Under the pieces are notes generated by a model. The model had not been told where the DNA came from. It made no database searches and saw only the letters and a list, made by a program, of their open reading frames with translations. Both the position numbers and the translations under genes were made by a program. A DNA stretch of 59,844 bases from Pseudomonadota bacterium (GTDB lineage: Bacteria > UBA10199 > 2-02-FULL-44-16 > DYJF01). The stretch lies in NCBI GenBank assembly GCA_043823065.1, contig JBDRBB010000013.1, positions 1 to 59,844 on the forward strand. Direction: 5' to 3'. Positions within the stretch are counted from its first letter, which is position 1. Each line of letters opens with the position of its first letter. Positions 54,299 through 59,844 of the stretch are shown here, piece after piece.

Positions 54299-54380
54299 AG
54301 TTAATTCCTCTTAAATATTCAAGATTTTGCCCTAAAAGGTAGGCATGCATAACCTAAATAGACAGGATAAGTCAAGGCAA

Positions 54381-54548
54381 AAAGGGGACGTTACCCCCCT
54401 TAATAACCCACTGTAATTATTAAACTATAAAAGACGACTTGAGATTTTCAAATATTATACTTTGCATTTTTTTGTCTGCAAAAAATCAAACTTGCCAATT
54501 TTTCATTAGTAATATCAATATATTAGCTATGGGGGAAACGTCCCCTTT
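54381..54548. mobile_element. MITE-like element, second GGGGACGT-TIR copy
   Basis: 18-bp TIR with one mismatch; interior similar to the 38820 copy. Confidence 0.8.
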
Positions 54549-54567
54549 AAAAAAGCGGGAATAACAA

Positions 54568-55398
54568 TCAGAAATCGTAGGAAACATCTAACCCGCCCCA
54601 AACTAAGAAAGGATATAAAGTGCCGTTTCTTAAATCCTGGGAAAAAATAGCAGAAACATTGGCCTGAGGTGTAATAGTTAGGCCTTTAATTGGTTTCCAG
54701 GGCAAGCCCAAGGAATAAGTAAAATGATTAAACTTGGTTTTATTTACCCCAAAGGCCTGGCGATTAAAACGCGAATTAGCCAGAGCCACCAAAGCAGAGG
54801 TTTCAATACCAAAATTCTCGATAAATTCATGTTCAAAACCCAGCCCAAAATTGAAGATTAAAGCACCTGGATGAGGATGGGCATAGAAAATAACTTCTGT
54901 GAAAAAATCTATTGGCCCCAAAGTATAAGCTAAATGAAGTGATGGTTTAACATCTGTGTCTGCTGAATAGTCTAAAGAAAGCTCATTATCTGTAGGATAA
55001 AAACACAAAAGTAAATACGGATGGATTGTTAAATTTCCCAACTCCAAGTTGTAATAGGTAGTTAAATCAATCTCGTTAAATTTTCCCTGATCAGGGATAT
55101 CATCCAAAACATAGTTGGCCCAAACATTAAAACCAATATTAAAAACCTCAACTGTTGCTGAAGGCTGCCAGACCCAACCATCGCTAGAAGCCTGGCCTTG
55201 ATAAACATAACGGGAAAGAAATTCTGAATCTACAGAAAAAGAAAACCAATCAGCTTGTTTCTGAATTGCCGCGTTTGGACGCTGGTGATGCACATTAGGA
55301 TTATGAATTGTTTTGCTATCTACAGCAAAAGCAATCTGTGTGAAAAAAAATAAAGTGAAAAATATTATGCTGAAGATGAAAGAAAATTTTTTATTCAT
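54568..55398 (-). CDS. Putative outer-membrane beta-barrel (TorF/Gcw_chp-like porin)
   Basis: Signal peptide, SRYVYQG, EIDL, alternating aromatic strands, C-terminal SYDF. Confidence 0.7.
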   Translation of the reverse strand: MNKKFSFIFSIIFFTLFFFTQIAFAVDSKTIHNPNVHHQRPNAAIQKQADWFSFSVDSEFLSRYVYQGQASSDGWVWQPSATVEVFNIGFNVWANYVLDDIPDQGKFNEIDLTTYYNLELGNLTIHPYLLLCFYPTDNELSLDYSADTDVKPSLHLAYTLGPIDFFTEVIFYAHPHPGALIFNFGLGFEHEFIENFGIETSALVALANSRFNRQAFGVNKTKFNHFTYSLGLPWKPIKGLTITPQANVSAIFSQDLRNGTLYPFLVWGGLDVSYDF

Positions 55399-55484
55399 TT
55401 TACCTCCACCTCTTTCTTTACCCACACCTGAGTTATATTGCAATATCTTCTCCTTATGCTAAGGTAACGATTTAAGGGGGGAGT

Positions 55485-56891
55485 ATGAATAATCAGCCAA
55501 AAAAACATTTTTTGTCAGTGTTTGTTTTAGCTATGATGAATGTGGCAGTGGTGATGAGTTTGCGCGGCCTGCCGATCATGGCTAAAGAAGGTCTGCCCAT
55601 GATCTTCTTTTTGTTATTTGCTTCTCTTTTGTTTTTAGTTCCTGTGTCCTTGGTTTCAGCAGAATTAGCAACCGGTTGGCCTGAAGAAGGCGGTGTTTAT
55701 CGTTGGGTAAAAGAAGCGTTTGGACCCAAGTGGGGTTTTGTGGCCATCTGGCTGCAGTGGATTCAAAACGTCATTTGGTACCCAACTGTGCTGGCCTTTG
55801 CTGCTGGCGCTATTTCCTATTTGTTTGTAGATCCTGTTTTGGCCAACAACAAACTCTTCAACGTAATTGTAATCTTGGTCGTGTATTGGGGCGCAACTTT
55901 TATCAACTTCCGGGGCATGAAAACATCTGGCTGGCTAACTACAGCCGGGGTTTTAGGCGGAACAATCTTCCCTGGAGTCTTGATTATTGTCTTGGGAATT
56001 ATTTGGGTAGCCATGGGCAAGCCTATTGCCTTTGAAGCAACTTCGCACAGTATTTTTCCAGATTTTGGCGATTTTGATTCTATTGCCTTTCTAGCTGGCG
56101 TGGTTCTGCTGTTTGCCGGCATGGAGGTTGGCGCTGTACATGTTCGCGATTTAAAAAATCCCAACACCCAATTTCCCAAATCAGTTTTCTTAGCCATGTT
56201 TGTGATTATTGCCGTATTTACCTTAGGCTCTTTAGCTATAGCTTCTGTTCTACCTCAGGCTCAGATTAGTTTGAATGCTGGCATTATGCAGGCTTTTCGA
56301 GATCTGCTTCATCTTTTTGGTTTAGATTGGTTGTTGCCAATTTTAGGCTTTCTAGCTGCCTTTGGCGCAATCGGCGGAGTTACAGCCTGGATTGCTGGTC
56401 CTTCCAAGGGTTTGCTAGCCACAGCCAAAAACGGCGATCTGCCACCTGTTTTGCAACGCGTTAACAAAAACGGCGTACAAACCCATATTCTTTGGATACA
56501 AGGCGCAATTGTTACTGGCATCTCTTTGATTTATCTTTTAATGCCAAACGTAAACAGCGCCTATTTTATGCTTACTGCTCTAACTGCTATCCTTTATCTA
56601 ATTATGTATCTTATGCTTTATTTTGCCGCAATTTGGTTGCGTTTTAGCAAACCTGATGTGCCTCGTTCCTACCAAGTACCAGGTGGCAAATTCGGCATGT
56701 GCTTGGTAGCAGGCCTGGGTATGGTAGCAGCTATATTTGCGATCATCGTTGGGTTCTTCCCGCCTTCGCAGCTAACAGTGGGCAGCCCGGCTTTTTATGT
56801 AATCTTCATTGCTGTAGGCATTTTAATCTTTGTGGGAGCACCTCTAGTGATTCATCGTTTTAAAAAACCAGAATGGCTACCAAAACAATAA
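55485..56891 (+). CDS. gadC: Glutamate:GABA antiporter-like APC transporter
   Basis: AELATGWP..GGVYRWV, WI.GPSKG; adjacent to gadB. Confidence 0.85.
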   Translation: MNNQPKKHFLSVFVLAMMNVAVVMSLRGLPIMAKEGLPMIFFLLFASLLFLVPVSLVSAELATGWPEEGGVYRWVKEAFGPKWGFVAIWLQWIQNVIWYPTVLAFAAGAISYLFVDPVLANNKLFNVIVILVVYWGATFINFRGMKTSGWLTTAGVLGGTIFPGVLIIVLGIIWVAMGKPIAFEATSHSIFPDFGDFDSIAFLAGVVLLFAGMEVGAVHVRDLKNPNTQFPKSVFLAMFVIIAVFTLGSLAIASVLPQAQISLNAGIMQAFRDLLHLFGLDWLLPILGFLAAFGAIGGVTAWIAGPSKGLLATAKNGDLPPVLQRVNKNGVQTHILWIQGAIVTGISLIYLLMPNVNSAYFMLTALTAILYLIMYLMLYFAAIWLRFSKPDVPRSYQVPGGKFGMCLVAGLGMVAAIFAIIVGFFPPSQLTVGSPAFYVIFIAVGILIFVGAPLVIHRFKKPEWLPKQ

Positions 56892-56903
56892 GGAGAAAAT
56901 ATT

Positions 56904-58310
56904 ATGCTGCACAAGAAACATAACCTTAAAAAACTTAGTGATGCAGAGCAAATGCTGGTGCCAACTTTTGGCTCGCGCGAACTTAAAGAACCTGTACCAA
57001 AGTTTAAGCTTCCGCCCAAAGAGATGCAGCCCAGAAGCGCTTATCAAATTGTGCATGATGAATTAATGCTGGACGGCAATGCTAGGCTAAATCTGGCCAC
57101 CTTTGTCACCACCTGGATGGAACCAGAAGCACGCCAGCTCATGACTGAAAGTTTTGATAAAAATATGATTGATAAAGATGAATATCCGCAAACCGCAGAA
57201 CTAGAAATGCGCTGCGTAAATATTTTGGCCAATCTTTTTCATGCTCCAGAAAATGAAGGAGAAGCTTGCGGCTGTTCAACCACTGGCTCTAGCGAAGCTG
57301 CCATGCTGGGCGGCATGAGCATGAAGTGGAGATGGAAACAGAGAATGAAAACCAAGGGCAAGCCCACAGATAAACCAAATATGGTCATGGGCATTAATGT
57401 GCAAGTTTGTTGGGAAAAGTTTTGCCGCTATTGGGAAATTGAACCGCGCCAAGTGCCAATAGAGCCAGGCCGTTACTCCATGAATGCTGAAGAGGCCCTA
57501 AAACTATGTGATGAAAACACCATTGGCGTTATGGCAACTTTTGGCACAACTTTTACTGGCGAATATGAACCAGTTAAGGAAATTAATCAGGCCTTGGATA
57601 AATATAATGCTAAAACTGGTTATGATATTCCCATCCATGTTGATGCAGCCAGCGGCGGCTTTATTGCCCCATTTTTGCAGCCAAAATTAGAATGGGATTT
57701 TAGATTAAAGTGGGTGAAGTCAATCAATGTTTCTGGTCATAAGTTTGGCATGGTTTATCCAGGTGTAGGCTGGGCTATTTGGCGCGACAAAAAAGAGCTG
57801 CCTGAGGATCTGATCTTTAATGTGAATTATCTGGGCGGTGATATGCCTACCTTTGCTTTGAATTTTTCCAGACCAGGCAACCAGATTGTAGCTCAGTATT
57901 ACAACTTCTTGCGCATGGGGCATGAAGGCTATTTTCGCGTGCAAAAAGCTTGTCAGGATGTAGCTACTTATTTGTCAGCTAAATTAGAAAAGATTGGGCC
58001 ATTTGAGTGCCTCACTAGAGGTGATGATATTCCAGTATTTACCTTTAGAATTAAAGAAGGAGCTAACACTAATTTTTCGGTTTTTGATGTTTCAGAAATG
58101 CTGCGTCATCGCGGCTGGCTAGTGCCTGCTTATACTATGCCTGCTAATTGCGAAAATATTTCTGTGCTGCGAATTGTGGTTAAAGAAGGATTTAGCAGGG
58201 ACATGGCAGATTTACTAATTGACGATCTAAACCGCATCTTAAAACATTATGAAACTCAGCCAGGATATAAGGCCAAAGAGATGAAAACTAAAGGTAAAGT
58301 GAGGTGTTAA
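56904..58310 (+). CDS. gadB: Glutamate decarboxylase
   Basis: NLATFVTTWME, DKDEYP, HVDAASGGF, SGHK (PLP lysine). Confidence 0.96.
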   Translation: MLHKKHNLKKLSDAEQMLVPTFGSRELKEPVPKFKLPPKEMQPRSAYQIVHDELMLDGNARLNLATFVTTWMEPEARQLMTESFDKNMIDKDEYPQTAELEMRCVNILANLFHAPENEGEACGCSTTGSSEAAMLGGMSMKWRWKQRMKTKGKPTDKPNMVMGINVQVCWEKFCRYWEIEPRQVPIEPGRYSMNAEEALKLCDENTIGVMATFGTTFTGEYEPVKEINQALDKYNAKTGYDIPIHVDAASGGFIAPFLQPKLEWDFRLKWVKSINVSGHKFGMVYPGVGWAIWRDKKELPEDLIFNVNYLGGDMPTFALNFSRPGNQIVAQYYNFLRMGHEGYFRVQKACQDVATYLSAKLEKIGPFECLTRGDDIPVFTFRIKEGANTNFSVFDVSEMLRHRGWLVPAYTMPANCENISVLRIVVKEGFSRDMADLLIDDLNRILKHYETQPGYKAKEMKTKGKVRC

Positions 58311-58317
58311 GGTAGCC

Positions 58318-59022
58318 TCAAGCCACCAATTTCCATTTAGCAGAGCGCCCTTTCCCCATACTTTTCACCTTACCGCTTGCTTTAAGATCAAGAAGAGCTT
58401 GCTGCCTGGAAATGCTATAATTTAAGGCTTGGAGATATTCTTTAAGGGTAATTTCTGGCTTTTTTCCCAAAAGACGGCAAAGTAAATTCCTGCGTGAGGC
58501 GGGGTCTAGCAAACCAGCTGTTTTTCGAGTCTTCAAATCAATAGTAGGTCTCTCACAAGCTAGAAATCCCCATTTCTTAAATTCAAGAAGTCCTTCTTCT
58601 AAAGCTCGTTTGGCAAGGTTACCACCTGGCACATACAAATTTATAAAATAGAACTGAAGCGAAATTGGTTTAAGACCAGCCTGTAGATATTCAGCAAAAA
58701 AAATTGCTTCATTATCAGTTTGATTTCCTTTTAAAAATTCTGCCAGAACCGCCAGTGTTTGCGGCCATTCCAGCTGAGTATAGTAGCTTCTAAGTTTAAA
58801 AGGATTTAGCTTTGACCAATTTTCAATAAGAAAACCAACTAAAATATTAAATAACCTAGGATCATAACGCGACATCTCTGCAGCCAAGACAATCAGCTCT
58901 TCCTTATCTGCAATTTCTTTATATGGCCATTTTTGTTTTGCTCCAACACATTCAGCGCCAGCTCGGGCTAGCTCCCAATATATTCTGTTTAAATGATTGT
59001 TTGTAGGTGAGGTTTTTAGCAT
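58318..59022 (-). CDS. Hypothetical protein with C-terminal winged HTH (putative antitoxin or regulator)
   Basis: C-terminus ITLKEY...ISRQQALLDLK...GKGRSAKWKL; 2 bp from the NTase gene. Confidence 0.7.
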   Translation of the reverse strand: MLKTSPTNNHLNRIYWELARAGAECVGAKQKWPYKEIADKEELIVLAAEMSRYDPRLFNILVGFLIENWSKLNPFKLRSYYTQLEWPQTLAVLAEFLKGNQTDNEAIFFAEYLQAGLKPISLQFYFINLYVPGGNLAKRALEEGLLEFKKWGFLACERPTIDLKTRKTAGLLDPASRRNLLCRLLGKKPEITLKEYLQALNYSISRQQALLDLKASGKVKSMGKGRSAKWKLVA

Positions 59023-59024
59023 GT

Positions 59025-59549
59025 TTATTTTCCCACCTGCTCTCTAATATCATCCAAAAAATCCAGCGCTTCTTGGGCATTAGGTAGGCCCTTCTCCAAT
59101 AGCTTTTGGATATGATTTTCCACTAACTCTAAGTCAGCGCCTTTTTTTACTAACACTCGAGCATGGCCAATATCTTTTTCACGACCAGAAAAACATTTCA
59201 TAATTAGCAAATCTTCTAGACCAAATGCTAAAACTGATAATTTTTTGCCTGAAAATATTTTTTTCAGACGATCTTTATAATCACCAGGGATGGTGTAGGT
59301 AAAAGTGCTAAAATAAGTATTGAACCATTGCGGATTTATGCCCAAATCTTGGGCAACTTTTTTGACCAAAGCATCAAGTTCAGCTGGGGTTACTTGGGTA
59401 TTGATGAGCAAGCCATCAATATCCATGGTAGTTAAACTAACTCCATGGGCCAGCAGCATTGCTGCCCCACCACCTACTAATATTTGCACAGGTTCTTTTA
59501 AGCGTTTATCCAAAGCTTGCAAAGCTTTGATCATAATTTGTTTTTCCAT
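59025..59549 (-). CDS. DUF6036/AbiEii-like nucleotidyltransferase
   Basis: VGGGAAM...TTMDID and MK...GREKD motifs. Confidence 0.8.
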   Translation of the reverse strand: MEKQIMIKALQALDKRLKEPVQILVGGGAAMLLAHGVSLTTMDIDGLLINTQVTPAELDALVKKVAQDLGINPQWFNTYFSTFTYTIPGDYKDRLKKIFSGKKLSVLAFGLEDLLIMKCFSGREKDIGHARVLVKKGADLELVENHIQKLLEKGLPNAQEALDFLDDIREQVGK

Positions 59550-59555
59550 ACTTGT

Positions 59556-59599
59556 ATAATAACATAATAAATGACTAATTGTCAATATACTAGTCATTT
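59556..59599 (-). promoter_or_regulatory. Sigma70 promoter with operator inverted repeat
   Basis: TTGACA-18-TATTAT (with TG extension) 6 nt before ATG; aaatgacta / tagtcattt flanks the -35. Confidence 0.65.
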
Positions 59600-59640
59600 G
59601 TTATTCAGGCAAGGTCGGAACTAGTCCGCCGCTGGCGGAC

Positions 59641-59730
59641 GGTTCTCGTCCACTTTGAACCGCAAAAGAAATGGCCGGAAAAAATCCGGCCATTTCTTTT
59701 TGTGGCCTCTGTGGAACAAAGTCCGAACTC
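59641..59730. other. Long hairpin with tRNA-3'-like flanks (terminator or att-like)
   Basis: aaaagaaatggccgga-aaaaa-tccggccatttctttt core extended by ccgc/gtgg and tccac/gtgga. Confidence 0.45.
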
Positions 59731-59844
59731 ATTTTCAATTAGAATATTCCTAGTCTGGAATGCGTTCACTTTTCAAGAGCTAATTCCGAATGAATCCGAA
59801 TGAGCAAAATTTGCGCCACCAAAAACCGTGTCACAAATTTTGCA

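Noticed and set aside
59700..59730. Functional tRNA gene
   Set aside because: No D-arm or anticodon arm can be folded; at most a 3' fragment

Overview
AT-rich, gene-dense bacterial chromosome segment, probably a low-GC deltaproteobacterium-like lineage (inferred from prfB-lysS-lolC/E-lolD-bamA synteny and PilZ, FHA and Hanks-kinase content). It is mostly housekeeping: purine and pyrimidine genes, prfB with its programmed +1 frameshift, metK, mutL-miaA-eno, proline/ornithine catabolism, valS, nadC, malic enzyme, obgE-rpmA-rplU. Highlights: (1) a porCDAB operon joined to a HydC/HydB/truncated-HydA (Bfu-type) flavin/FeS module with no catalytic hydrogenase subunit; (2) at the right edge, a gadC-gadB pair with a divergent porin, followed by a probably leaderless, operator-bearing nucleotidyltransferase + wHTH gene pair (AbiE/type IV TA-like) beside a tRNA-like hairpin; (3) at least six small repeat families, with palindromes translated in frame inside mutL and valS; (4) three sigma28-like promoters, two of which appear to drive tiny non-coding RNAs; (5) a bL27 lacking the canonical AHKK N-terminus; (6) two A-run frameshifts that are probably sequencing errors. 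No rRNA, full tRNA, CRISPR array or transposase gene was seen. All calls are by eye, with no database searches.
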